Shown piece after piece: positions 39,457 through 48,896 of a stretch of 64,000 bases of DNA. The notes under the pieces were generated by a model that saw only the letters and a program-made list of their open reading frames with translations, was not told the DNA's origin and searched no databases. The position numbers were made by a program, and so were the translations under genes. The stretch is from the IMG/VR virus record IMGVR_UViG_3300032242_001844; one strand, written 5' to 3'. Source of the stretch: a virus. Position 1 is the stretch's first letter; every line of letters starts with the position of its first letter.

Positions 39457-40375
39457 AATCGCAATTGTAATGAATAGTGAAACAAACTGTGGGATTCATA
39501 CCTATGGTTTGTTTTCTTTTAAGATTCTGCAACAAAGTAAGAAGTATAAATTTGAACTTGTTGAAGTAGATCATCAAAATGGATTTTTTAATTATTTTGA
39601 TGATGCTATTGTTGATGGTATCATATGGAATCATCATCCATCTACTATGCCATGGTTAAGCGATTATGTGCTGAGCAGAACTGGTATTCCGCAGTTTGTC
39701 ATTACTGGACACGATAATTATAATGTTTTTCCGCATGTAGACCATCATTTTGTGTGTGATCCTACATTTTCACCAACCGAGACGCATAGTCCAGTAGGTC
39801 GTCCACTTATATTCTATGATGATATTCAATACTCACCGCCTAGTGAAGTATTAAAGATTGGTTCATTTGGATTTGGTCAGCAAACTAAAAATTTTCCACG
39901 CATTGTTGAACTAGTCAATGCACAGTTTGATGAACCAGTTGAAGTAAACATTAATATTTCTTACGGCGCTTATGTTGACATGACAGGCGGTCTTGCTCAT
40001 AGTATTGCTAATCATTGTCGTGCTATTGCTAAACCCAATGTAACGGTTAATATCACACACGAGTTTATTCCAGATCGTTATAGCCTAGCAAAGTTCTTGA
40101 ATAATAATGATCTTAATATGTTTCTATATGCAACACAGCCTGGTCGTGGTATATCTAGCTGCGTAGACAGTGGGTTAACTGCAATGAAACCAATTCTATT
40201 AAGCGATAGTAACATGTATCGTCACATGAATTGGAAACAAGAATTATTGGCTGAAAAGAACAGTATAAAAGATACTATTGCTCGCGGACTAGAACCAACA
40301 GAAGAGTTTAGACAGCGATATAACAACGATAATTACATAAAAGACTTTGAAACAATATTGGATAGGTATCTATAA
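39449..40375 (+). CDS. Glycosyltransferase-like, paralog A
   Basis: CGI, IGSFGFG..K, GISS..D. Confidence 0.6.
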   Translation: MRKIAIVMNSETNCGIHTYGLFSFKILQQSKKYKFELVEVDHQNGFFNYFDDAIVDGIIWNHHPSTMPWLSDYVLSRTGIPQFVITGHDNYNVFPHVDHHFVCDPTFSPTETHSPVGRPLIFYDDIQYSPPSEVLKIGSFGFGQQTKNFPRIVELVNAQFDEPVEVNINISYGAYVDMTGGLAHSIANHCRAIAKPNVTVNITHEFIPDRYSLAKFLNNNDLNMFLYATQPGRGISSCVDSGLTAMKPILLSDSNMYRHMNWKQELLAEKNSIKDTIARGLEPTEEFRQRYNNDNYIKDFETILDRYL

Positions 40376-41367
40376 TGTACAAAATAGAAAAAGTAACCCA
40401 AAAGACCGCTGCCGTTATTGGTGCAGGTGGATTTATCGGTAGTCATATTGCTAAGCGATTAAAGACTGAAGGATATTGGGTGCGCGGCGTTGATTTAAAA
40501 GCACCTGAATTTGCATCAAGTGCGTGTGATGAGTTTTATATAGGCGACTGTCGTAATCCGCAAGTTGTAGATTTTATTATTGATCGTAAATTTGACCGTG
40601 TATTTCAGCTTGCTGCAGATATGGGTGGTATTGGGTATATTGGAAATGTTGACAATGATGCAGATGTCATGACCAACAGTGCTAAAATTAATCTCAATGT
40701 AGCAGATAGTGCTCGCCGTCAAGGTGTAGAACAAGTATTTTTCAGCAGCAGTGCATGTGTGTACAATGAATTTAACCAAGTAGACCCACAGAATCCAGAC
40801 TGTCGCGAAGATACCGTTTATCCTGCACATCCTGATACAGAATATGGTTGGGAAAAGCTGTTTAGTGAGCGTCTATATCTTTCTTATAATCGCCAGTATG
40901 GTATGCGTAACCGTATTGCTCGCTTCCATAACATCTTTGGTGAACATGGAACTTGGAGCGGTGGCAAAGAAAAAGCACCAGCAGCTATTTGCCGTAAAGT
41001 AGCAATGGCAAGCGAAGGCGGTGAGATTGAGATATGGGGCGATGGATTACAAACTCGTTCATTCTTGCATATTGATGATTGTGTTGAAGGCGTAATGCGC
41101 CTTATGGACAGTGACTTTAGTGGTCCAGTTAATATTGGTAGCGATCATCTTATTTCAATAAATGACCTTGTGTTAATGGTTAGTGGTATTGCAGATAAAA
41201 TAATTACTATTAAGCATATAGATGGTCCACAAGGCGTTCGTGGACGCAACAGCAACAATGATCTTATTAGGGAAAAACTAAATTGGGTGCCTACTCAAGA
41301 TTTGTATGCTGGCTTAACTAAAACATATAACTGGATTGCAGAACAAGTAAAGGCAGCGCAACAATGA
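40375..41367 (+). CDS. GDP-mannose 3,5-epimerase-like extended SDR
   Basis: GAGGFIG, QLAADMGG, SSSACVY, YGWEK, KAPAAICRK, GVRGRNS. Confidence 0.88.
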   Translation: MYKIEKVTQKTAAVIGAGGFIGSHIAKRLKTEGYWVRGVDLKAPEFASSACDEFYIGDCRNPQVVDFIIDRKFDRVFQLAADMGGIGYIGNVDNDADVMTNSAKINLNVADSARRQGVEQVFFSSSACVYNEFNQVDPQNPDCREDTVYPAHPDTEYGWEKLFSERLYLSYNRQYGMRNRIARFHNIFGEHGTWSGGKEKAPAAICRKVAMASEGGEIEIWGDGLQTRSFLHIDDCVEGVMRLMDSDFSGPVNIGSDHLISINDLVLMVSGIADKIITIKHIDGPQGVRGRNSNNDLIREKLNWVPTQDLYAGLTKTYNWIAEQVKAAQQ

Positions 41368-42347
41368 AATCTCGTGTACTATTTGTGACCCAAACACTTG
41401 GTCACAAAGCAGCTTGTGGAATAGGACTCATTGGTAAACTTATTGGTGAAACCCTTGAGCAACATCCAGATTATGATTTCAAAGTATTATACACTGACGA
41501 GTATGGCGATGAATTTGTTAGTGCAGTCAATGATTGGCAACCAGATTGTTTAATTTATAACTATGCGCCTGGCACTGCTGGATGGATGGATCAACCGCAA
41601 GTTCGCATGCAGATTCCTGTTCCACAAGTTAGAATTATGCATGATATGTATCAGCGTTTGGCAGACGAGTTTCATCCTGATAACCATGCTGGATGGCAGT
41701 ATTTGCTTGCAGACGATCCAAGCGTGGTAGGTAATGATCGCGTATTCATCACTAATCGTTTATTGCCACCGACAACCACGCATGTTTATACGGATGGTCC
41801 TAAACCTATTATTGGGTTTCAAGGATTTGGACCAGTTCACAAAGGAATTGCTAGACTTGCTCAAAAAGTTCAAGAAGAATTTGATGAAGCAATTTTTAGA
41901 CTACATATCCCATTTGGATATTACGAAGACCTTATTCATGGATATCAAGGCAGCAATGCGTATGCTCGCGTCGAAGAAGTTAAAAGTATTATTACTAAAC
42001 CAGGCATTGAGTTACAGTTTAGTCACGATTTAAAAGAAACGCATGATATTGTAGATTGGCTAGCACACAATACTATTAATTGTTATTTCTATGATTATCT
42101 AGATGGCTGTGGTATTGCAAGTTCACCAGATTATGCGCTAGCTGCTCGTCGTCCAATTGCGTTAACACGAAGTCACCAGTTCCGTAATTTCTGGAATATT
42201 GAACCAAGTATTTTCATTGAAGATAAGAGTATAAAAGAAATTATTGCGCAAGGCACTGCGCCATTGGAACCACTCTACACAGCATACAGCCGCGAGTCAG
42301 TGTGGGCAGATTATTCAAGAATGCTTGAAAGGTTAATTCCAAACTAA
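41364..42347 (+). CDS. Glycosyltransferase-like, paralog B
   Basis: CGI, IGFQGFG..K, GIASSPD; similar to 39449..40375. Confidence 0.6.
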   Translation: MKSRVLFVTQTLGHKAACGIGLIGKLIGETLEQHPDYDFKVLYTDEYGDEFVSAVNDWQPDCLIYNYAPGTAGWMDQPQVRMQIPVPQVRIMHDMYQRLADEFHPDNHAGWQYLLADDPSVVGNDRVFITNRLLPPTTTHVYTDGPKPIIGFQGFGPVHKGIARLAQKVQEEFDEAIFRLHIPFGYYEDLIHGYQGSNAYARVEEVKSIITKPGIELQFSHDLKETHDIVDWLAHNTINCYFYDYLDGCGIASSPDYALAARRPIALTRSHQFRNFWNIEPSIFIEDKSIKEIIAQGTAPLEPLYTAYSRESVWADYSRMLERLIPN

Positions 42348-42955
42348 TGGAAACAATACGCACAAATTCTCAGTCGTTACAAGATATATTTGCAATGTCT
42401 ATACAGGGTGATCGAACATACTTAGAAATTGGCGCAAATCATCCATCAATCCACAGTAACACATATCAATTAGAAGTTAACGCTGGTTGGCGCGGTGTAA
42501 GTATTGAATATAACACTGACCTTATGCCAGATTGGAAAAACCAAAACAAAAGAAAACAACCTATATGTTTTGGCGATGCTTTGATTTTTGACTATGATAC
42601 TGTACTAACACAATACGGATTTCCAAAACATCTTACATATCTATCATGTGATATCGATCCGCCAAAGCATACATTTACTGCATTAAAACGCATATTAAAT
42701 CAAGGGTTTTCTTTTGATTGTATAACCTATGAGCATGATTTATACTGCACGGATAGAAATTATGATCTGATGTCGCGAAAACTTTTAGAATCACATGGAT
42801 ACAAAGTTGCAGTATATGGCGTGTTTCCATTTGGAAAACCACAAGATCATTTTGAAACTTGGTATGTACGAAAAGATATAGATATTACACCATGTCATTT
42901 TTTAGAATATGTAAAGCGGTTGTGCGAGAATTTTAATGTTGAAAAGGTTGGTTAA
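42347..42955 (+). CDS. FkbM-like SAM methyltransferase
   Basis: YLEIGA, SNTY.LE...W.G.SIE, YLSCDID, ITYEHD. Confidence 0.75.
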   Translation: METIRTNSQSLQDIFAMSIQGDRTYLEIGANHPSIHSNTYQLEVNAGWRGVSIEYNTDLMPDWKNQNKRKQPICFGDALIFDYDTVLTQYGFPKHLTYLSCDIDPPKHTFTALKRILNQGFSFDCITYEHDLYCTDRNYDLMSRKLLESHGYKVAVYGVFPFGKPQDHFETWYVRKDIDITPCHFLEYVKRLCENFNVEKVG

Positions 42956-43752
42956 TAGCCAAACATTCCTAGTTCTAGTCCCATGAGTGGCAAGTTGTAA
43001 CTGGCTAATCTTACATTACTTCCAGTATATCCCTTGTTAGAAGTATTTTCTATTACTACCTTGTTATAGTCTATACCTTTAATATCGCAAAACATTTTAG
43101 CTTGCTGACTTAAAGTATACTTGTTTTCATATACACAGTTAATTGCTTTATGCTGAATAGTATTATTCAAAACAAGATCAACTACTTGCGGCAAATCTTC
43201 AAGATTAAAAAAATCATATCTGCAATCTTGGTTAATTACTACCTTGTCATCATTCATCAATTTTTTAAAAAACCTAGTATTAGGCTCGCTGCGATGAACT
43301 ACTCCAAACAATCGTAAGTTATAACAATTATCTCGTTCATGCAAATGTCTTGCTTGTTTATTTTTTAACAAAGCATATGGTTGTTTTGGGTCTACATAGT
43401 GTATATCATCTTCATCTGCGGCATCAATGTTTCTTTCGATATCATATTCATACCCGCTTCCAAGATGTATGAACTTTTTATAATATTGTGATTGATTTAA
43501 TAAATTACCAAACATAGCAAAGTTTTTAATGTAAAAATCTTCGCTTGGGTTATGAATCATTTCACGACCATAAAATGCGCAATTTATTATTACATGCACT
43601 GCATTTGCAGCCATATAAGATTGAACTGCACTTAAGTTCGATAAGTCAAGTTCTTGACTGGAAGGCGCAAGTACACTATATCCAAATTCACTATAGTAAT
43701 TCTTTAGATAACTGCCGATGTAACCACTTGCGCCTGTAATTAATAATTTCAT
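42952..43752 (-). CDS. NAD(P)-dependent NDP-sugar reductase/epimerase
   Basis: ITGASGYIG, INCA, GSG, YALLK (YxxxK). Confidence 0.85.
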   Translation of the reverse strand: MKLLITGASGYIGSYLKNYYSEFGYSVLAPSSQELDLSNLSAVQSYMAANAVHVIINCAFYGREMIHNPSEDFYIKNFAMFGNLLNQSQYYKKFIHLGSGYEYDIERNIDAADEDDIHYVDPKQPYALLKNKQARHLHERDNCYNLRLFGVVHRSEPNTRFFKKLMNDDKVVINQDCRYDFFNLEDLPQVVDLVLNNTIQHKAINCVYENKYTLSQQAKMFCDIKGIDYNKVVIENTSNKGYTGSNVRLASYNLPLMGLELGMFGY

Positions 43753-43804
43753 ATGCTTATAATATCCTAATATATAATGTATAGCAATATTTAATGGAAA
43801 AATT

Positions 43805-44536
43805 ATGACACCAGAAGAAAGCCACCAACATAGTTTGATTACACTTGGTTTTATAGAACAGCTAGATGATTATCTTAGCGGCGTAGAAACAGTATGCGAT
43901 ATGGGAGCAGGTATTGGCTTAGATTCTGTGTTTTGGGCAAACCTTAAAGACCCAAACGGGCGTGATAGAAATATCAAAGTTACCGCAGTTGAAATTGCGC
44001 CAGCACAAATAATAAACACTGCTAAGAATATGGAATGGAAATTTGCTGACTTTGGTAAAATAGAATTGCCGCCACAAGATATTATATGGGCACATGATGT
44101 GTTGCAACTGGCCGCTGATCCTATTGGTACCCTATTTCATTGGCATACACTTCTTCGTACAGATGGATTACTTTTAATAGAAATACCTTATCTATTAAGC
44201 GTTCATTCGCATGTAGAAAGACTTAAAGTTGATGTTAATATGAAGGCTGGAACATATCATATCTATACATTAAGCAATCTTATTGCGCAGTTAGCTAGTG
44301 CAGGGTTTGATTGCAGACAAGCACACTTTCACTTAGATCGGCAATCTGGATGGATTCGTGCGGCTGTTTATCGCACAGAGGCAGAGCCAAAACTTTATAA
44401 TAGTTGGTATGATCTTGCAGAAACAGGTAGATTACCATATAGTCTTGATGATGTAATACAATCTGCTAATAGATTTAATGAAACTGATTTGGTAGTTGAA
44501 TGGTTAGATAGATCAGTTACTATCTTAAAAATATAG
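43805..44536 (+). CDS. Class I SAM methyltransferase
   Basis: VCDMGAGIG motif I; DIIWAHD; LRTDGLL. Confidence 0.8.
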   Translation: MTPEESHQHSLITLGFIEQLDDYLSGVETVCDMGAGIGLDSVFWANLKDPNGRDRNIKVTAVEIAPAQIINTAKNMEWKFADFGKIELPPQDIIWAHDVLQLAADPIGTLFHWHTLLRTDGLLLIEIPYLLSVHSHVERLKVDVNMKAGTYHIYTLSNLIAQLASAGFDCRQAHFHLDRQSGWIRAAVYRTEAEPKLYNSWYDLAETGRLPYSLDDVIQSANRFNETDLVVEWLDRSVTILKI

Positions 44537-44547
44537 AAAGAACTATA

Positions 44548-44748
44548 ATGACAACAGATGAATTATTAGAAAAACTAGTGCTTGCAATGGAACAAATGAT
44601 TGATGCACAAGATGATATGTGGGAAGAAGAAAAATATAGCAATTATCGCTACCGTGATAAAATCAAACAAGAAGTATTTTTACCTGCAAAAGAAGAATTT
44701 AAATATTTGTTTATAGAAACAATTAAGAGTATTAAATCCTCTGCGTAA
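44548..44748 (+). CDS. Hypothetical protein
   Basis: 66 aa helical ORF. Confidence 0.6.
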   Translation: MTTDELLEKLVLAMEQMIDAQDDMWEEEKYSNYRYRDKIKQEVFLPAKEEFKYLFIETIKSIKSSA

Positions 44749-44788
44749 AACGCATAGCAGAGTTTCACAAAAACCCCTTGTTTTCATG

Positions 44789-44830
44789 TTGCAACGCACC
44801 ATTTATAATATAAGTAATGGTGCAGTGCAA
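44789..44830. promoter_or_regulatory. Inverted repeat of TGC-rich boxes (PhaR-type operator candidate)
   Basis: ttgcaacgcaccatt / aatggtgcagtgcaa, 13 of 15 complementary, flanking TATAAT. Confidence 0.55.
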
Positions 44831-44840
44831 GGAGAAAACA

Positions 44841-45023
44841 ATGAAGATTCTTATTAAGATTTGGAATAACCTTTTTCCATCACAACAAGAAGAGATGACA
44901 CGCAGGTTTGAAGCATTTATGGCTGACTGTCATGATGTTCGTGATGTAGAATATCGTCTACAGATGTGGGACCGTGGCTACGGTATGGATAAAAGAAATT
45001 TTGGTGGATTGCAAATTCGCTAA
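44841..45023 (+). CDS. DUF3563-like small protein
   Basis: FEAFMADCHDVRDVEYRLQMWDR pattern; AAGGAG RBS. Confidence 0.6.
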   Translation: MKILIKIWNNLFPSQQEEMTRRFEAFMADCHDVRDVEYRLQMWDRGYGMDKRNFGGLQIR

Positions 45024-45029
45024 ATAGTT

Positions 45030-45151
45030 GTGGGACTAGATGCAGAGTCTAGTATCCTTTAACTAGCTTACCCCCTACTATTATTCGTAATAGTAGTCCA
45101 TAACTTTCAGGAGTTATGCGGTTAAAAACCTCGCTTCATGCGGGGTTTTTT
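45030..45151 (+). ncRNA. Candidate structured small RNA with terminator
   Basis: TAAATA at 45021, four stems including a 9-bp UUCG hairpin, terminator 45124..45151. Confidence 0.5.
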
Positions 45152-45191
45152 ATTGACAAAAATTATATTAGGATATATATTATTATCTAGT

Positions 45192-45265
45192 GGGGAATTA
45201 GGCTAGTGGAAAACCGCCGCCTTTGCAAGGCGGATTCATCAGTTCGACTCTGATATTCTCCACCA
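45192..45265 (+). tRNA. tRNA-Ala (UGC)
   Basis: GGGGAAT/ATTCTCC acceptor with G3:U70; CCGCC-TTTGCAA-GGCGG arm; TTCGACT T-loop; encoded CCA; promoter at 45153..45181. Confidence 0.93.
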
Positions 45266-45283
45266 ACATCAACAAGGGATACT

Positions 45284-45994
45284 ATGACTGATATCAAAAT
45301 TTTTTGGCATGTAAATGAGCTAGCTGGTTGGGACAATGTAATGAACCAACAGTGGGAATTGATTGAAAAAAGTGGGCTGGGAACTGCAGCTAAAGAAATT
45401 ATTATCTGTGCAAATGGTCAACCTTGGACATTTGAGGCATGGAAGCAAAGCAAGAGTAACAGTGAATTATTCAACAAGATTATTCTTGTTAATGTAAACA
45501 AAGACGCAGCGTTTCATGAATATCCAACTTTGTCATACATGCATCATGTAGCAAAGAACGCTGATAGTGAATGCTATGTCTGTTATATTCATCTAAAAGG
45601 TCTGTTGCGATGGGGTGATGAGAATGTAGGCGACTGGCGCAATTTTATGAATTGGGCAACTATTGAAAAATGGCAAGATAATATTGATGCACTAGATCAA
45701 GGTGCACAAGCAGTTGGTACAAATTACAACATTGCGCCTTGGCCACATTTTGCTGGAAATTTCTGGTGGGCAAAGTTAAGTTATATTGGAACACTTGAAC
45801 CGTTACATCATCCAGAAGATAAAGTTAATCGCGCATATACTCAATTTGCTGCACACCCAACCAATCCACACTGGCGTTTTGATCATGAGGCGTGGTTGCA
45901 TAGCAAGGGACCAAAATATGTTGAAATTGCAAAAAGTTTAGAGCCAGGCGAGCGTCATTACCGTGAACGCTATCCTCGCGAAAATTATGCTTGA
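45284..45994 (+). CDS. Glycosyltransferase-like hypothetical
   Basis: HEYPTL, YIHLKG, HFAGNFWWA, E.W motifs. Confidence 0.55.
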   Translation: MTDIKIFWHVNELAGWDNVMNQQWELIEKSGLGTAAKEIIICANGQPWTFEAWKQSKSNSELFNKIILVNVNKDAAFHEYPTLSYMHHVAKNADSECYVCYIHLKGLLRWGDENVGDWRNFMNWATIEKWQDNIDALDQGAQAVGTNYNIAPWPHFAGNFWWAKLSYIGTLEPLHHPEDKVNRAYTQFAAHPTNPHWRFDHEAWLHSKGPKYVEIAKSLEPGERHYRERYPRENYA

Positions 45995-46332
45995 TAATTG
46001 AAATCCCAAATTTCAGAAATTTTAATTTGGTTCCCATAATATTGTTTTATTTCAGCAATTAATTCAGTAATCCACAGCGGGTTTCCATCATCCGTTGTGG
46101 GGTTGTACAATTCTGAATAGTACTCAAGTACGCTATCTAAATCTTTAAATATTATTTCATTTATACTTTTAAATTTTGTAGAGTCAGTGCCATGAATAAT
46201 TGCCAGCAATTTCCCTTCATTTTTAAGTTTTTCAATGATATTTTTTTTATAATCAAACACACTCACTAAAAGATTTGAAAATTCAACATTTTCAGATGGT
46301 ATTTCAACGATAAATGTTTTTTTTATTGCCAT
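45985..46332 (-). CDS. Hypothetical protein
   Basis: AAGGA RBS; 115 aa. Confidence 0.6.
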   Translation of the reverse strand: MAIKKTFIVEIPSENVEFSNLLVSVFDYKKNIIEKLKNEGKLLAIIHGTDSTKFKSINEIIFKDLDSVLEYYSELYNPTTDDGNPLWITELIAEIKQYYGNQIKISEIWDFNYQA

Positions 46333-46360
46333 TTTTTTTCCTTAAACGGTCATTTTTTGC

Positions 46361-46388
46361 TTGACAACCTATTTAACTGTGGTAATAT
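46361..46388 (+). promoter_or_regulatory. Early promoter TTGACA-N16-TAATAT
   Basis: Direct sequence, extended -10. Confidence 0.75.
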
Positions 46389-46425
46389 GCATATATAAGC
46401 TTTTAACCAGCCAATGAGGTGTCCT

Positions 46426-47211
46426 ATGACTCGCATGACAGATGAAGCAATTATGGCTCGTATTGCCGAGCGTTTTGAAATCCTTGAAGACATGACCACT
46501 GCCGTAAAGGAAGGTGATGTTCGTGCTATGATCGTGGTGGGACCGCCTGGGGTTGGTAAATCCTATGGCGTTCATAAAAAGTTGGACGAGCATTCTCTTT
46601 ATGATGAAGTTGCTGGTAAAGTCAAGTATCAGGTTGTCAAGGGTGCAATGACTGCTCTTGGTCTCTATGCCAAGCTATATGAGTTCAGCGATAGTGGTAG
46701 CGTCCTCGTGTTCGACGATTGCGATAGCGTGTTGATGGATGAACTGTCGCTCAATATTCTTAAGGCAGCACTTGACAGTGGCAAGAAGCGCACCATCCAT
46801 TGGAATGCTGATAGCAATCTGCTTCACAAGCAAGGCATCCCAAACAAGTTTGACTTCAAGGGCGGCGTTATCTTTATCACCAACTTGAAGTTTGAGAACA
46901 TTCGTTCTAAAAAGCTGCAAGACCATCTTGGTGCACTGCAGTCTCGTTGTCACTATATTGATTTGACAATGGATACTGAACACGATAAATATCTTCGTAT
47001 TCGGCAAATTGCAGAAAGCGGACAACTGTTTAACGGTTATGATATGACCAAAACACAAGAAACCGAAATCCTGCACTTTATGAAAGACAATGCCAATCGG
47101 TTCCGTGAAATGTCACTGCGTACCGCACTTAAGTTGGCTGACCTTCGTAAGTCGCAGCCAAACCGTTGGCAGCGTGTTGCAGAAGTAACGATTATGAGGA
47201 ACGGTGCATGA
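46426..47211 (+). CDS. AAA+ ATPase
   Basis: GPPGVGKS, VLVFDDCD, IFITN, ALQSR; start after GAGGT. Confidence 0.85.
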   Translation: MTRMTDEAIMARIAERFEILEDMTTAVKEGDVRAMIVVGPPGVGKSYGVHKKLDEHSLYDEVAGKVKYQVVKGAMTALGLYAKLYEFSDSGSVLVFDDCDSVLMDELSLNILKAALDSGKKRTIHWNADSNLLHKQGIPNKFDFKGGVIFITNLKFENIRSKKLQDHLGALQSRCHYIDLTMDTEHDKYLRIRQIAESGQLFNGYDMTKTQETEILHFMKDNANRFREMSLRTALKLADLRKSQPNRWQRVAEVTIMRNGA

Positions 47212-47381
47212 AGACATATGATATTAAAGGGTTTGTATCCAAACCACATGAACCAACCGTTCAGTTCCAAGTAACTGTAAATGCAAATGACCAGTCGAGC
47301 GCAAAGCGACTGGTCACTATGCAATATGGTATGGGTGGAACAGTTAATTTTCAAAAAATTTTAGAAAAGAAAAATAAATAA
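47208..47381 (+). CDS. Small hypothetical protein
   Basis: ATGA coupling; GAGGA RBS. Confidence 0.65.
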   Translation: MKTYDIKGFVSKPHEPTVQFQVTVNANDQSSAKRLVTMQYGMGGTVNFQKILEKKNK

Positions 47382-47387
47382 CTTTTT

Positions 47388-47414
47388 CAAACAGGGCAGA
47401 TGCCCTGTTTTTTT
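47388..47414 (+). terminator. Intrinsic terminator
   Basis: aaacagggca-ga-tgccctgttt plus T-run. Confidence 0.8.
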
Positions 47415-47450
47415 ATTGCATTATAATAAACAACACTGTATATTAAATAA

Positions 47451-48896
47451 ATGTTGTGCAAAATAATTATTCGAGACGAAGTAAATTGCAAAATTGAAGG
47501 ACTTGATGCAGACACGCGCCGTAGGCTTGTGGCAAAATTTAAGTACGAAGTTCCATACGCCAGATATTTGCCATCTGTTCGTCTTGGACGATGGGATGGA
47601 AAAATTGCATACTTTCAGTTGGGTGGCTCTACCTATATTAACTTGCTGCCAGAAGTAATTGAATATCTAACGGATCGCAATTGGGAATTTGAGATTGAAG
47701 ATCGCCGTGCAGCGCGAGCCGCCTTTGAATTTACACAAGTAGATGAGAATACATTCGCACATAAGACTTGGCCAAAAGGTCACCCTGTTGCAGGACAGCC
47801 AATTGTTTTGCGCGATTATCAAATTGATATTATCAATAAATTTTTAGGCGATACACAGTGTGTACAAGAAGTTGCTACTGGCGCTGGTAAGACTATTATG
47901 ACCGCAGCGTTAAGCCTTATGGTTGAACCATATGGTCGTTCTATTATTATTGTTCCAAGCAAGAGTTTAGTTCTTCAAACCGAAGAAGATTATAAAAATC
48001 TTGGGCTAGATGTTGGCGTTTATTTTGGTGAACGCAAAGAACTAGGTCGAGCACATACTATTTGCACATGGCAAAGCCTGAACAGCCTTTATAAGGGCAG
48101 CAAAGGCACAGGCAATGAGTGGACCATGATGCTTAATGTTGCAGCAATTATTGTCGATGAAGTTCATCAAGCAAAAGCAGAGGTTCTCAAAGCAATGCTT
48201 ACACAAGAGTTTGCACATGTTCCAATTCGTTGGGGATTGACTGGAACTATTCCAAAAGAAAAATTTGAACAGGTTGCGCTTGTTGTATCCATTGGACAAG
48301 TTGTAAGTCAGCTTAGCGCAAGTGAATTACAAGATCGTGGCGTTCTGTCTAACTGCCATGTCAACATCGTGCAAACAGTTGAGTACAGCGACTTTAGAAA
48401 TTATCAAGAAGAATTAAAGTATCTTACCACAAATAAAGAAAGGCTTGATCATCTTTCAAGTCTTATTAGCGAGATAATTAAAACAGGAAATACGCTTGTG
48501 TTAGTAGACCGCCGCGAGTGCGGTGAAGAACTAGTAGCGCGATTGCCAAATAGTATATTTGTCCATGGAGATATGAAAAATGCTGATAGAAAAGAACACT
48601 ATGATGAAATTGCAAATGTCAGTGACAAGATTATTGTTGCTACCTATGGAGTTGCTGCTGTGGGTATCAATATTCCTCGCATTTTTAATATGGTACTGCT
48701 TGAACCAGGAAAGAGCTTTGTTAGGGTTATCCAATCTATTGGACGAGGCATACGAAAAGCAGACGACAAAGACTTTGTTCAAATCTGGGACATAACAGCA
48801 GATTGTAAATTTGCAAAGCGACATTTAACAAAGCGTAAACAATTTTATAAAGAAGCAAATTATCCATTTACTCAAGAAAAGAGTATATACAAATGA
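47451..48896 (+). CDS. uvsW: SF2 DNA helicase
   Basis: LRDYQ, ATGAGKT, DEVH, GLTGT, QSIGRGIR. Confidence 0.92.
   Translation: MLCKIIIRDEVNCKIEGLDADTRRRLVAKFKYEVPYARYLPSVRLGRWDGKIAYFQLGGSTYINLLPEVIEYLTDRNWEFEIEDRRAARAAFEFTQVDENTFAHKTWPKGHPVAGQPIVLRDYQIDIINKFLGDTQCVQEVATGAGKTIMTAALSLMVEPYGRSIIIVPSKSLVLQTEEDYKNLGLDVGVYFGERKELGRAHTICTWQSLNSLYKGSKGTGNEWTMMLNVAAIIVDEVHQAKAEVLKAMLTQEFAHVPIRWGLTGTIPKEKFEQVALVVSIGQVVSQLSASELQDRGVLSNCHVNIVQTVEYSDFRNYQEELKYLTTNKERLDHLSSLISEIIKTGNTLVLVDRRECGEELVARLPNSIFVHGDMKNADRKEHYDEIANVSDKIIVATYGVAAVGINIPRIFNMVLLEPGKSFVRVIQSIGRGIRKADDKDFVQIWDITADCKFAKRHLTKRKQFYKEANYPFTQEKSIYK

Noticed and set aside
45030-45151. Second tRNA or known self-cleaving ribozyme
   Set aside because: No cloverleaf with T-loop and CCA; no hammerhead core
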